Positions 43,321-53,472 of a DNA stretch of 64,000 nt are shown one piece after another. The notes beneath the pieces were generated by a model, which had not been told where the DNA came from, ran no database searches, and worked only from the letters and a program-made list of their open reading frames with translations. The position numbers and the translations under genes were made by a program. This DNA comes from a virus (Duplodnaviria; Heunggongvirae; Uroviricota; Caudoviricetes): IMG/VR virus record IMGVR_UViG_3300028422_000873. The stretch is one strand, 5' to 3'. The first letter of the stretch is position 1, and every line of letters begins with the position of its first letter.

Positions 43321-44889
43321 TTACTTTGCTATTAACTTATAAAGATCTTTAAGAGAAAAGTTTTTACTACAATCTCTGCATTTTACCTGATTTTTATGAT
43401 ATATCTGCTCTTTACCACAGTTTTTACAAGTTATATATTGAAAACCCTCTTTTTTATTATTATCTTCTAAGCTTTCAGATTGAATAACTGCCCCACCAGT
43501 AGCATCAGTTGGAGAACCAGAGCCACCATAACCAGCATATAATGCCTTAGTTATTTCTTTATTTTTAAGTTTTTTTGCTCGATCTAATCGTTCTTTTAAT
43601 GTGGGTTTACGATAAGCACCTTTAGGATCAATGGGTTTTCTTACATCCCATTCAATCTTTTTTTCACTATGTGGGATTACTTTTTCTTGAGGAACAGGCT
43701 CTTTAATTGCGGATTTCGGTGTAGTTTCAGGTGTCTTACCAATATTCTGAGCTGCAACAGCTAATGCTGCTGTACCTGCTAACCCAGTCAGTGCTCTTCT
43801 TATTTCACCTTTTTCAATATCACCTTCGTCTTTTTCTAGATGCTGTGATATTCTATCAACCATTAAATTAATGCGCTTATTATCAATGCCTTTATCCGTT
43901 AACTGCTGGCGTAAATTATCTAAATACTTAGGATCCTTATTTGCCCTATTTGCATGAATTTTAAAGGTATTTGTGGCTTTAACTTGACGTGCACTCTGTA
44001 CGGGCGTAATATCTTTTCCAGGCCCTGGAGGCGTAGTTAATATACCACTTGGTTTTTTAACTTGAGCAGTAGCAAAACGTTTTGCTCTTACAGCTTCTGT
44101 CAATTTATCGCCGTTGAACTGTTTCATCAAGTTATTGATTTTCTTAACATTGTTTAAGATTTTTGCTTCTAATGCACTTTTTATAAGTTGTTCAGGGTTA
44201 GTTTCTTCTATTGTTATATTTATTCCAGTGGCTTTAGCTAACTCTTTTATTTTCTCAATATTATTGATAATTCTTGATGCTTGGGCATTTCTTTGAACAT
44301 GTCTGAATGATGGAACATTTTCTTCTGCAAGATGCATTACACTTTTTATAAGTTCTTGATCTACCGCATCTTGTTCCTGATCTATGGATTTCTCCATATG
44401 AAGCGGTTCAATAAGTGTGGCTTTATTAGCAGGCGTAAAGGTAATCGCTATAGAGTGAATTTTAGTTCTTTCAAGGCGTGATGGATCTTTAATTCCGCGA
44501 CTTATAACACCACCTTCTACAGAGGCTTTAATCTTAAGTGGGCAATCTGATTTATGAATATTTCTTAGAATCGCAGCAGCGGCTTTAGCATTAGGGTGGT
44601 CTTCATCATTATATAGATAACCTGCAGCATAAATATAAGGAGCTTTAATTTGTTCCCAGTAGTATCTATGACGATCATTTTCACAATCTTCAGCTTTAAA
44701 GATCTTTTTTGCTTCAGTTACACGACCTATGCTGTTAAAAAAACCTTTACCGTGATTATCATTCCAGCGACCTCTACCAGCTTCTAGATCAGATATATCA
44801 GCACCCTCTACTGATAGAGTTTCACCTTGTGAATCACGTAATTCACTTCCAGCAACCCCGTCTATCCATAATGCCGTATCTTTTGCCAT
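43321..44889 (-). CDS. prohead protease / scaffold-like head maturation protein (candidate) with C-terminal zinc ribbon
   Basis: 522 aa between portal and scaffold; central coiled-coil; C-terminal CKNCGKE...CRDCSK; contains ITKALYAGYGGSGSPTDATGGAVIQSESLED, nearly identical to a segment of the capsid N-terminus. Confidence 0.35.
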   Translation of the reverse strand: MAKDTALWIDGVAGSELRDSQGETLSVEGADISDLEAGRGRWNDNHGKGFFNSIGRVTEAKKIFKAEDCENDRHRYYWEQIKAPYIYAAGYLYNDEDHPNAKAAAAILRNIHKSDCPLKIKASVEGGVISRGIKDPSRLERTKIHSIAITFTPANKATLIEPLHMEKSIDQEQDAVDQELIKSVMHLAEENVPSFRHVQRNAQASRIINNIEKIKELAKATGINITIEETNPEQLIKSALEAKILNNVKKINNLMKQFNGDKLTEAVRAKRFATAQVKKPSGILTTPPGPGKDITPVQSARQVKATNTFKIHANRANKDPKYLDNLRQQLTDKGIDNKRINLMVDRISQHLEKDEGDIEKGEIRRALTGLAGTAALAVAAQNIGKTPETTPKSAIKEPVPQEKVIPHSEKKIEWDVRKPIDPKGAYRKPTLKERLDRAKKLKNKEITKALYAGYGGSGSPTDATGGAVIQSESLEDNNKKEGFQYITCKNCGKEQIYHKNQVKCRDCSKNFSLKDLYKLIAK

Positions 44890-44922
44890 ATAATACTCCT
44901 ATTCATAGAATATTATACCAGA

Positions 44923-46011
44923 TTATAACTTTAGATTGCGTAAGTAATCATATACTTCTTCTGCAGTACCACTATAATTACTATAATTACTACGAATTGA
45001 AAGCATTCTATTAAATCTACTAATAATGGCGTTTTCGTTAGATGTTCCTCCACGGGCTGTAATTCTCTCAATAACAACATCTGGGGATTCAACTATGAGA
45101 ACTAAATGAATATCGTATTTATCACAATAGCGATTATAAACAGTAGATATATTAGTAGGAATATCAAGTAATATGGGCTTTTCATTATAATAATTATTAC
45201 GTATAATTTTATCTAAATCTTTGATGTTTATTTTATCATAAGAAATAACAGTAAATTTATCGTTTAAATTATTCGCTATTGTAGTTTTACCAACCCCAAA
45301 TTGACCTGCCAACATATAAAATTTTCTAGGTTTATAATTACCTTGATATTTATTCATCTTATCAAGATTTTGCCATGCCCACATTGGCTGCAAATTATTA
45401 AGCGACCAGCATTCTTTAAATTCAACATCTGTTGCACTTTTATAAGTAAACCAACTATCTGGTTTAATATGATCTATTTGCCACTCACCATAATTATCCC
45501 AAGACATACCTTCTTGGAATTGAGATTCAAGGTGGTTATGTAGATCCTTTATGGAATATTGTAGAGCATCATGTATCATCTGATTCTGTTGATCAATGCT
45601 GTATTTAATAATATTATGGCGCAATGCACTCATTATGAAATTACGAAGTTTCAATTGATGTCCACTAGTTGCAAAACCATCAAAATCCTCAACTTTAATT
45701 CCTCTTTTTTGACAGCTCTTTTCAATTCGTTTCTTTAATAATGCCTCCTTATGCTCTTCACTTAATTTTTTACCCTTCTTTGCTTTAGAGATTTTATCTC
45801 CCCAAGTAATATCTCGACCTTTAGATGAAGTGTTGTATATTCCAGCTTCTGCAGCACATTTACGGCACATCTGATGGCGACGACACCATTTAACCCAACG
45901 ATAACCGTGTGGACATTCAACTTTAACCTTAATATTAGAATTTTCTTTGAGTTGATCAACTGAAATTAATTGACCTCTATACATAACTTTTTGAGTGATT
46001 ATTTTATTCAT
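44923..46011 (-). CDS. HNH homing endonuclease with NUMOD motif fused to a C-terminal P-loop kinase-like domain
   Basis: GEWQIDHIKPDSWF...NLQPMWAWQN (HNH); LSEEHKEALLKKRIEK (NUMOD3-like); C-terminal LAGQFGVGKTT...ITARGGTSNENAIISRFNRML homologous to the C-terminal domain of 39232..40428. Confidence 0.65.
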   Translation of the reverse strand: MNKIITQKVMYRGQLISVDQLKENSNIKVKVECPHGYRWVKWCRRHQMCRKCAAEAGIYNTSSKGRDITWGDKISKAKKGKKLSEEHKEALLKKRIEKSCQKRGIKVEDFDGFATSGHQLKLRNFIMSALRHNIIKYSIDQQNQMIHDALQYSIKDLHNHLESQFQEGMSWDNYGEWQIDHIKPDSWFTYKSATDVEFKECWSLNNLQPMWAWQNLDKMNKYQGNYKPRKFYMLAGQFGVGKTTIANNLNDKFTVISYDKINIKDLDKIIRNNYYNEKPILLDIPTNISTVYNRYCDKYDIHLVLIVESPDVVIERITARGGTSNENAIISRFNRMLSIRSNYSNYSGTAEEVYDYLRNLKL

Positions 46012-46062
46012 AATTAAATTATACTATGAACTAACCTTAAGCATGATATAACATTATAGTTA

Positions 46063-46488
46063 TTAATGTCTTATAGAATATTCGGTATCACTATCTTGAG
46101 GATTGACTATTTCTTCGCTAGCAAAATTATCTTCTAATTGTTTAATTAAATCAGATTTCTTAAATTTTTCAATAGCTTTTTTAGTGGTTTTCTTAACGGA
46201 CTCTACTGAAACTGAATTCATATGAGCGATTTCAATATCACTAGGGGGATTATTAGAATCTAGATATTCTTCAGTATACTTAAAAAAACAATAACATGAC
46301 ATCTGATGATTTATAGCCCAACAGCAACCAGGTAGCTTGTTTTCTTCTTCTTCTGTTAATTCTTTTTCTGATTGACGTAAGCGCTTAAGACGAAGTACAG
46401 CTAAAGGACAAAATGAATCTGGTAGGTGCTCTAGTTTTCTAGGGCACCTACTATCCATTTTTAATAATTCAGCTTCGTCTTTCGCCAT
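46063..46488 (-). CDS. hypothetical Cys-containing protein
   Basis: start at MAKDEAELLK immediately after the upstream stop; 141 aa. Confidence 0.35.
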   Translation of the reverse strand: MAKDEAELLKMDSRCPRKLEHLPDSFCPLAVLRLKRLRQSEKELTEEEENKLPGCCWAINHQMSCYCFFKYTEEYLDSNNPPSDIEIAHMNSVSVESVKKTTKKAIEKFKKSDLIKQLEDNFASEEIVNPQDSDTEYSIRH

Positions 46489-46489
46489 A

Positions 46490-47131
46490 TTATTTATTAC
46501 AGTTTTCGCAGCATGTGGTTTCACAAGCTTCATTGTCATCTGCATGACATTCACAGCAACATCCAGGCTCATCACTAACTAATTCTAATTTAGCAGGGAG
46601 CTCTCTGATGCCGATAATTTCAACATTATGAATAACACCATTAATATCAGCTTGAAATTTATCGCCAACTTTTTTACCAATCATATCATTTTTCATCGCT
46701 TCATATGGTATCTGTACAACAGGAATTTTAGATCTAAAGATACCTTGATCAACATCGGTATCAGTCGTAGAACTAATAATAACAATACTTTCTTCTTTAA
46801 CTACATCTCCAATTGTATAACCTTTTTCAACGTCTTCTTTATCAGATGCCTCATTATAATCTTTTAATTTCAATTTATCTGCTTCCGCATCCAAAGCGTT
46901 AGTATCGATATTCATAAGGTTAATCATTGCTAATGTTCTATATTGAAGATCATTAGCTAAATTCAAACTATTAGCAGCATCTTGACGCATCATCTCAACT
47001 TGACTCATAAGTTGTTTAACCATCATTTGACTAATATTCAGTGCCATTTGAACATTCTTAAAGTCAACCTCTAATTGTCTAATGCGGTCTTTTGTTGTAG
47101 GTGCCTTACTTTTTTTGAATCCATTACTCAT
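46490..47131 (-). CDS. hypothetical protein with Cys-rich C-terminus
   Basis: 213 aa; C-terminal CCCECHADDNEACETTCCENCNK. Confidence 0.45.
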   Translation of the reverse strand: MSNGFKKSKAPTTKDRIRQLEVDFKNVQMALNISQMMVKQLMSQVEMMRQDAANSLNLANDLQYRTLAMINLMNIDTNALDAEADKLKLKDYNEASDKEDVEKGYTIGDVVKEESIVIISSTTDTDVDQGIFRSKIPVVQIPYEAMKNDMIGKKVGDKFQADINGVIHNVEIIGIRELPAKLELVSDEPGCCCECHADDNEACETTCCENCNK

Positions 47132-47976
47132 TTTTGCTCCTTCTGTTTCTCTAATATTCGTTGTGCATATAATTTAAGAACAATTTTTTCTTGTTCGGTA
47201 AAATCATCATTATCATCATCTACACCAAATATTCTACTTAATTTATCCTGTAGAAAGTCTCGTATATCAGTTTCAAGCGAATCGAATGTGTCACCTCTAC
47301 GTTTTATTATACGTGAGGATAAAAGTGCATTGATTGCATTGGCTGTCTCTAACTTAATCTGCTGTGGAGTTTTTATCACACTAGCGTGCTGAGAATCATT
47401 AATGTGTAAGGATTCTTTATTATCTGCAATTTCCACATCGTTATTAATAGATTCTCTTGTATCTTCTGAGACACTCTCTTCTTTTTTAGTAATAAAATCT
47501 GTTACCTCTTTAAGCTCTGTTAATTGTTTCTTAACAAAGCCATTGTTCTCTAATCTTTCGTACATAGCAACAGCATGATTAAACTGCCCAAGTGTTAAAG
47601 GTTCATTATTAGTTACACACCTGTTCCAATGAGCATCGTAATCCTGATCCCACATTAATATATATTCAGTGCCATTCTGCTCTTCAAAGTCTCTTAGAAT
47701 TTCAAAGTCTTCATATGATAACTGTGAATTGCGACCATATACAGCTGGCCAAACTTTTTCTCCATATATCGAACGATCAAAAATTACATTTAAACCATCA
47801 CATTGAGTATATAATTCCAATATTTCATCGACATAACCTGGCCCAGTATAACCTTTTTCTCTATATTTTTTATCAGGGGCTTCCATATGAATATAATGGA
47901 AACCTTTATTTTTATAAAATTCTGCTACTGACGTTTTACCAGAACGATCAAGACCCTCTAATATAATCCAACTCAT
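47128..47976 (-). CDS. P-loop nucleotide kinase (dTMP/dNMP-kinase-like N-domain) with an extra C-terminal domain
   Basis: start at MSWIILEG (AGGAGG RBS); ILEGLDRSGKTS matches the thymidylate/deoxynucleotide kinase Walker A. Confidence 0.5.
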   Translation of the reverse strand: MSWIILEGLDRSGKTSVAEFYKNKGFHYIHMEAPDKKYREKGYTGPGYVDEILELYTQCDGLNVIFDRSIYGEKVWPAVYGRNSQLSYEDFEILRDFEEQNGTEYILMWDQDYDAHWNRCVTNNEPLTLGQFNHAVAMYERLENNGFVKKQLTELKEVTDFITKKEESVSEDTRESINNDVEIADNKESLHINDSQHASVIKTPQQIKLETANAINALLSSRIIKRRGDTFDSLETDIRDFLQDKLSRIFGVDDDNDDFTEQEKIVLKLYAQRILEKQKEQK

Positions 47977-48010
47977 TATTCCTCCTGTCAAGATAATTAT
48001 ACTAAAAGCA

Positions 48011-48040
48011 TAAAATAAAAAGGCCACTAAGTGGCCTTTT
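48011..48040 (-). terminator. rho-independent terminator after the portal gene
   Basis: AGGCCAC-TAA-GTGGCCT hairpin flanked by A- and T-tracts on both sides. Confidence 0.65.
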
Positions 48041-48062
48041 AATAGTTACATGTTGCTTTTTA

Positions 48063-49967
48063 TTATTCGATATTTAAGGGGTTTTTAATTGGTTTGCCAT
48101 CCACGTATTGAGCCTTATTTGCACCAAATTTAGCGGATTGTTCCCTCATTGATTCACGTCCAGCTTGAACAGCAGAGTGTGCTTGTGCTATTTCATTAGC
48201 ACTTTGTTCTGCCTGATGAGCTTCTTCTTGCCTTTGTTGTTCTTGCTCTGCGTGTTCCATTTCTTTAGCCTGCATATCCATTTGCTCTTGTTGCATTTTT
48301 TCTGCTTTCTTTTGAGCCTCTAATGCTGACAACATCTGCTGCCAACTCATAAAAGCAGGATCACCAGGAAAGTATTGGAGTTCTTTTCTTTCAGTGGCCC
48401 CCTTATCTTTAAAGAAGAATTCTCTGATTTCACCTTTAGTTAGATTCTTCTCTACTAGGGCCCAAAAAGCATTATTCATTGGAAGATCACCAATTGGATG
48501 CTTTAAACGTTCTTTACGGGCTGCATCTAATAAATCATTCATAGATTTATGAACAGTCATTTCAGCCTGCAATAACGCTACTTCAGTTTGAGGTGTTTCA
48601 TCTGTGTATCCTTCAAATTGAAAGCGATATTTCTTAGCAAGATCTTTATCGATCATTGGTAAAATATCTTGATTAATCATGTCCTCAATAAAAACTAAAA
48701 TTGGATATAAACCTCTTTCACGAGAGTATTCTATCTTCTGCTTAGGTCCTTGTTGACCAGCTGAAGTAGCTCTTCCTGTACCAGTGGTTAAAAAATCCAT
48801 ACCTAACTCAATAGGATCAATTTGGAACTGAGTGCATATTGCTCTCATTAAATGCATATTATAATTAATATATTCCATATCGCGTGCACTACCGGTCATA
48901 GGAATCCAACTCACTTCATCGAGACCTGCAACTATAGGGGTTCTCCAGGCGTTTTGTGTTCCACTGATAGAATTATAAAATTGACGTCTAAACGCTGTAA
49001 GTTGAGATTGAGTTACTGTCCCCTTTAAATGCAATAATCCACGAGCTGCATAACCGTGTGTAAAGAAGTTAGAGTTATAGTTCTCAGAGTTAAGATGATT
49101 AGTGATATTAATGATGGCTAACTCTAATGGACCATAACAGTAACCCATTGAATCTGCAAAGTTTTGAGGATTAAATAGCTTGAAAATCATATCCTCATCG
49201 CCGAATACAGCTAAAGTTTGTCCTTCATAAGAGGTCTGAACATATTTGAATTTATCTATATCCGCCTCATTAATCTCCTGACCTTTTCTAGGATCATTGT
49301 CTGATATGGGAGTATACATCTTCCTTGCTGAATCTTGTTCTGCCTGTACTTGTTTTTTAGACATATTCTTATTAATTAGAAAAACTTGTTCTGCAGGAAG
49401 CGGTCTAAAACGATGAAGAGATTTTTTCCTAGTTTGAATTTTCTCTACAGAAACATAACCAAAAGTAAGGGCGTCTCTCACAATAAGTTTTAAGAAATCA
49501 CCGAATAGCATCTTATCGTTTTCTGGAACATTGTCTTCACGTCCACAGTTGTATATAAAGGCTTCTAAGTCAGCTATCTCTTTTTTATCTATATCTGTAT
49601 ACTCATGATTATCATCCCGTTTAACAATTCGATATCCACTATTAAATTTCTTCTTCTGCGGTCTACTAAAGGCTGTTAATGTGTCAACCCTTATTTGAAT
49701 AATAGAAGAAACCAGCCAATCTCTTAAAGAGACATTTTTTAAAGTTTTATTAGTTAAACGAGAAGTTTTATGTTTTACAATTGTAGCTGTATTTTGATTT
49801 TGAAAGAAAGGATCTTCGATTATTGCCTTGCGTCCTATACTATCAGAATCGTTAGTAGTTTCCATAGGAACTTCTGGCACATTGTCGGCATCAGCCTTCA
49901 TAAGTTTATCAATTTCAGCTTGTTGTTTTTTGACTAGATATTCGCCAAATTTATCAAATAACCCCAT
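48063..49967 (-). CDS. portal protein
   Basis: 634 aa directly downstream of terminase large subunit; size and position typical of a myovirus portal. Confidence 0.55.
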   Translation of the reverse strand: MGLFDKFGEYLVKKQQAEIDKLMKADADNVPEVPMETTNDSDSIGRKAIIEDPFFQNQNTATIVKHKTSRLTNKTLKNVSLRDWLVSSIIQIRVDTLTAFSRPQKKKFNSGYRIVKRDDNHEYTDIDKKEIADLEAFIYNCGREDNVPENDKMLFGDFLKLIVRDALTFGYVSVEKIQTRKKSLHRFRPLPAEQVFLINKNMSKKQVQAEQDSARKMYTPISDNDPRKGQEINEADIDKFKYVQTSYEGQTLAVFGDEDMIFKLFNPQNFADSMGYCYGPLELAIINITNHLNSENYNSNFFTHGYAARGLLHLKGTVTQSQLTAFRRQFYNSISGTQNAWRTPIVAGLDEVSWIPMTGSARDMEYINYNMHLMRAICTQFQIDPIELGMDFLTTGTGRATSAGQQGPKQKIEYSRERGLYPILVFIEDMINQDILPMIDKDLAKKYRFQFEGYTDETPQTEVALLQAEMTVHKSMNDLLDAARKERLKHPIGDLPMNNAFWALVEKNLTKGEIREFFFKDKGATERKELQYFPGDPAFMSWQQMLSALEAQKKAEKMQQEQMDMQAKEMEHAEQEQQRQEEAHQAEQSANEIAQAHSAVQAGRESMREQSAKFGANKAQYVDGKPIKNPLNIE

Positions 49968-50055
49968 AATATATCCTTACTAAAAAAAGCACTTAATCTT
50001 TATTATACTATATTTAACTTTATAAGTTTAAATTGTTCATATTAAATACTTAAAC

Positions 50056-52020
50056 TCAGAGACTCCAAAGAAAACCTCCACTTCCTTCAAACTCTTCTTC
50101 ATCATCATCTAAATCACTTAAAGAACCAATTTTACCTAATTTTGACAGATCTTGATCTTCTATGTTTAAATCTATTCCATTTGCTTTAGCAAACTCTTCA
50201 ACACTTGGATTTCTATAAAAATTACCATCATTGTCAGTTATATCAACAGTATCACCAACACCACAGGCAGTCATAAATTGAGTTTTACCTAATATAGCTT
50301 CAACTACATATCTAAAGCCGTCAAGCCAGTGATCATTCTCTGTATCTATTATTTCAGAAATAGTACCATCTGCTGAAGTCTTAAAGTGATATAAACCAAA
50401 TTCTGCTATTATTGGACTACAAGTCTCTTTAGCTAATAATAACTTAGTATCCATAGAACCAGGAACTCGCAGTAGCTTTTTAATGACTTGAACCCCTGTT
50501 TCTACGCTACCCTTTTTAGCATCGCCGTGTGCTGGTAAGCCGGCTTTTCTCATTTCAGTTACTGAACCTTGATCTGCTTGATCTGGAAAATATAACTGTG
50601 GTCTATACATGTTGTGATATTTAGTTTTTATATAGTGAATCCACTCTGGATTAGATGTGTAAGTCATACCATCAGCTCTAACAACATATACATTATCTTT
50701 TTTATCAATAAAGGCATATGTTATGGTTGATGGTTTGCTCCATCCCCAGTCAATACCACCATAACACGGTAACTTTAATTGATGGCATTTTTTAACGAAT
50801 ATATCATGCGTACATTCACCGGGAAAATCTTTTCCAGTTAACCGTTTCCACATTTTATTCCAGTCACACACGTGAATTCTATCATCAAATTCTTTATAGA
50901 CAATACCTTCAACCGACGGTTTAAGATTCATAAGTTGCGACAAGGCCCAATCTGTACCCTCAGCTCTTACTTTCTGTATAATCTCATCTATTGGTTTCAA
51001 CATCCATGATTTAGATTTTTGTTTCTTAGCATCACCTAAACATATAGATGCAGCTGGACACTTCATACATTTTTCACCTGGCAAAGTTACTTTCGTATAT
51101 TCTTTTTGCTTCTTAGCATCCTTACGCTTATAATCTTCTACAGTTATTACCTCCATATCTTCTAATATGGTATATGCATCGATTGGTGTTGTTCCAGATC
51201 TAGAATCGGGACATCTTTCAGAGAATTCAAAGGCTGTCCATCTCCTAACAACCCTACCTTCATTCTCAGCGTTTTCAATCTGCTTATTCATTAATCCATA
51301 TCTGGATTTTCTAGTTGAGATACCAACCCTAAGTGCTCTTTTACCACCTTTAGAGTCTAGCATACCGGAGATTTCCTTAAAAGCTTTAAGACCTTCCCCT
51401 GATACAGTATCAATCTCATCGACTACTACAAGCGGTACGTGAGGACCATTACACGCTTTAAGTGTACATGGTAAAATCTCAAGTGTTGGTTGAATACCAC
51501 CGACATTAAATATAGATTTACTCATATTGGCAGCTTTAAGTATTCTATTATCTTCATTTGATTTAGGTGGTGATACTATATCTTTAATTCTTCTGTTATA
51601 TAAGAAGTTCTTAATATATAAATAACAACGATCAGCTTGTGATAATACAGCTCCAACATGAACAACCTCCCTATGATCATGCAGTACTATCATTAACTCA
51701 GCAATAGCCATTCCTAATGTTTTACCAGAACCTCGTCCAGCAACATATAGTAGTTCTTGAATATTATCAGGGTTATTTTTATTAACGCAGATATCATAAA
51801 CTTCCCACATACAATCTAAAGGATTTGTATCTGCAAATCTAGATACATTTTGATCAGGCAGTGCTAATCCCAAAAATCTATCAATCCATAAATGGAATTC
51901 TTTTCTAGTCTTACAAGGTTTTAAGAAAACTGCTTCTTTTTGAGCAGGTGAAAGACTATCAAAAGGTACTTTCTTTTTATTCTTAGTGGTTTTTTTCTTA
52001 GTTACTTTTTTAACAACCAT
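50056..52020 (-). CDS. terL: terminase large subunit
   Basis: 654 aa; Walker A AGRGSGKT; ATPase coupling region and C-terminal RNase-H-like nuclease region with acidic residues; follows a small HTH protein. Confidence 0.8.
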   Translation of the reverse strand: MVVKKVTKKKTTKNKKKVPFDSLSPAQKEAVFLKPCKTRKEFHLWIDRFLGLALPDQNVSRFADTNPLDCMWEVYDICVNKNNPDNIQELLYVAGRGSGKTLGMAIAELMIVLHDHREVVHVGAVLSQADRCYLYIKNFLYNRRIKDIVSPPKSNEDNRILKAANMSKSIFNVGGIQPTLEILPCTLKACNGPHVPLVVVDEIDTVSGEGLKAFKEISGMLDSKGGKRALRVGISTRKSRYGLMNKQIENAENEGRVVRRWTAFEFSERCPDSRSGTTPIDAYTILEDMEVITVEDYKRKDAKKQKEYTKVTLPGEKCMKCPAASICLGDAKKQKSKSWMLKPIDEIIQKVRAEGTDWALSQLMNLKPSVEGIVYKEFDDRIHVCDWNKMWKRLTGKDFPGECTHDIFVKKCHQLKLPCYGGIDWGWSKPSTITYAFIDKKDNVYVVRADGMTYTSNPEWIHYIKTKYHNMYRPQLYFPDQADQGSVTEMRKAGLPAHGDAKKGSVETGVQVIKKLLRVPGSMDTKLLLAKETCSPIIAEFGLYHFKTSADGTISEIIDTENDHWLDGFRYVVEAILGKTQFMTACGVGDTVDITDNDGNFYRNPSVEEFAKANGIDLNIEDQDLSKLGKIGSLSDLDDDEEEFEGSGGFLWSL

Positions 52021-52027
52021 TTTTAAA

Positions 52028-52642
52028 TTACTCTATATCATCTAGGTCTATTATGTCTTCTTCATCATCAATGTCTTGAGTTTGCTGTGTAATGACTTTC
52101 TTTTTATCGGCATTTGGAGCACTAAGTGCACCTAACATTGATGCCTTATTTGAATTACTACCGGTTCCAATCACTAATTTATGCAAAGCTTCCATTATAT
52201 CCTTATATTCTTTTATGCTCTGAATACGTAAATTTGGTAAAGGATTATTCTCTGGATCAAGGATATAGTTTTTCATCGCTATCATATGTTCAGCTGATGT
52301 AACCTCTAACATAGAAGTAAGAAAATCAACTTGATCAATTACTGATTTAATAACTTTTGCTTGAACTCTATCTTTTAAAGTTGTTTGCATCCTATCACGA
52401 TCAGTGCCCCATTTTTTTAATGCAGCTGTCAATATTATTTGCCCCAAATCATATTGAGGATATTGCTTGCTGATTTCAGTAAAAGAACAACCAATCATAT
52501 ACATCTCATATAATTTTAACGCTTCTGTATCAGACAGGGCTCCTGCTGTTTTATGTGTGCGAAGATATTTCTGACCTATTTTAATTTCTTCTTGTGTTAA
52601 GCCAGCTTTTTCTTCATCGGTAAAATTACGTTTCAATGCCAT
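52028..52642 (-). CDS. terminase small subunit (candidate)
   Basis: 204 aa immediately upstream of terL with 8-nt spacing; helical N-terminal region and acidic C-terminal tail. Confidence 0.4.
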   Translation of the reverse strand: MALKRNFTDEEKAGLTQEEIKIGQKYLRTHKTAGALSDTEALKLYEMYMIGCSFTEISKQYPQYDLGQIILTAALKKWGTDRDRMQTTLKDRVQAKVIKSVIDQVDFLTSMLEVTSAEHMIAMKNYILDPENNPLPNLRIQSIKEYKDIMEALHKLVIGTGSNSNKASMLGALSAPNADKKKVITQQTQDIDDEEDIIDLDDIE

Positions 52643-53021
52643 CTTGTCTCACCATGTTCCAATTAGTATTGTTCTTTATATTCTGTATCATTTGCCTAGT
52701 ACGAACTTGACACATATTATTTATACCAGATATGTTATCAACTGTATATCCTAATAATAACATAAAAATCACAGAACGCTCTACATCTGTAAAATAATCT
52801 AATATATTTGATAATTTCTTTGAAAATGGTTTATGGATTATATCATGAACTACTTTATCAATAGCTTCTTGTTCGGGGATTTGCTTCTTTAAACGCGCAA
52901 GGTGGTGCTCAAAAGTATCTGGAGAATTACCTTCTAAATAATATACCCACAACTCTTGTCTTAAATCTTCATCACTAGTTAAACAATTAATTCTCTCCGC
53001 TATCGAAATTGGAGTTTTCAT
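52626..53021 (-). CDS. hypothetical protein with HTH-like C-terminus
   Basis: 131 aa. Confidence 0.35.
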   Translation of the reverse strand: MKTPISIAERINCLTSDEDLRQELWVYYLEGNSPDTFEHHLARLKKQIPEQEAIDKVVHDIIHKPFSKKLSNILDYFTDVERSVIFMLLLGYTVDNISGINNMCQVRTRQMIQNIKNNTNWNMVRQDGIET

Positions 53022-53442
53022 CTACATCCTCGTATCCTTCTACATACTCGGCAAAATCTTTCAAAATGGTCTCCGTTTGCCAAGTTTGACCACAATAGTC
53101 TTTAATAAATTTATCAAGGATACGATCTACGTGTAAATTTCCTTCTTTAATGAGCATTTTTTTGAATTTTCTTAATCCCCAAAAGCCTGTAGATTTAGAT
53201 AACTCCTTGAATTTATTAATTTTATTAAGGAGTTTTTTATTGACGAATAAAGTGTATTTAATATACTTAGTTTCTAAGTTAATATCAAGTTCTACAGCTT
53301 CTATATCTGGATGAGCTATAGCACCATAAGTCATGAGTTGATTCTTGATAACGTCGTTTGCTAAACCATTATTCATTAACCATCTACTTTGATCAATGAG
53401 TTCTAATAGATCTTTATTTTCAGCATTTAATTGATCAATCAT
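52987..53442 (-). CDS. hypothetical protein
   Basis: 151 aa. Confidence 0.4.
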   Translation of the reverse strand: MIDQLNAENKDLLELIDQSRWLMNNGLANDVIKNQLMTYGAIAHPDIEAVELDINLETKYIKYTLFVNKKLLNKINKFKELSKSTGFWGLRKFKKMLIKEGNLHVDRILDKFIKDYCGQTWQTETILKDFAEYVEGYEDVDENSNFDSGEN

Positions 53443-53472
53443 CTTAACTCCTTATGACTATTATACCATGGA

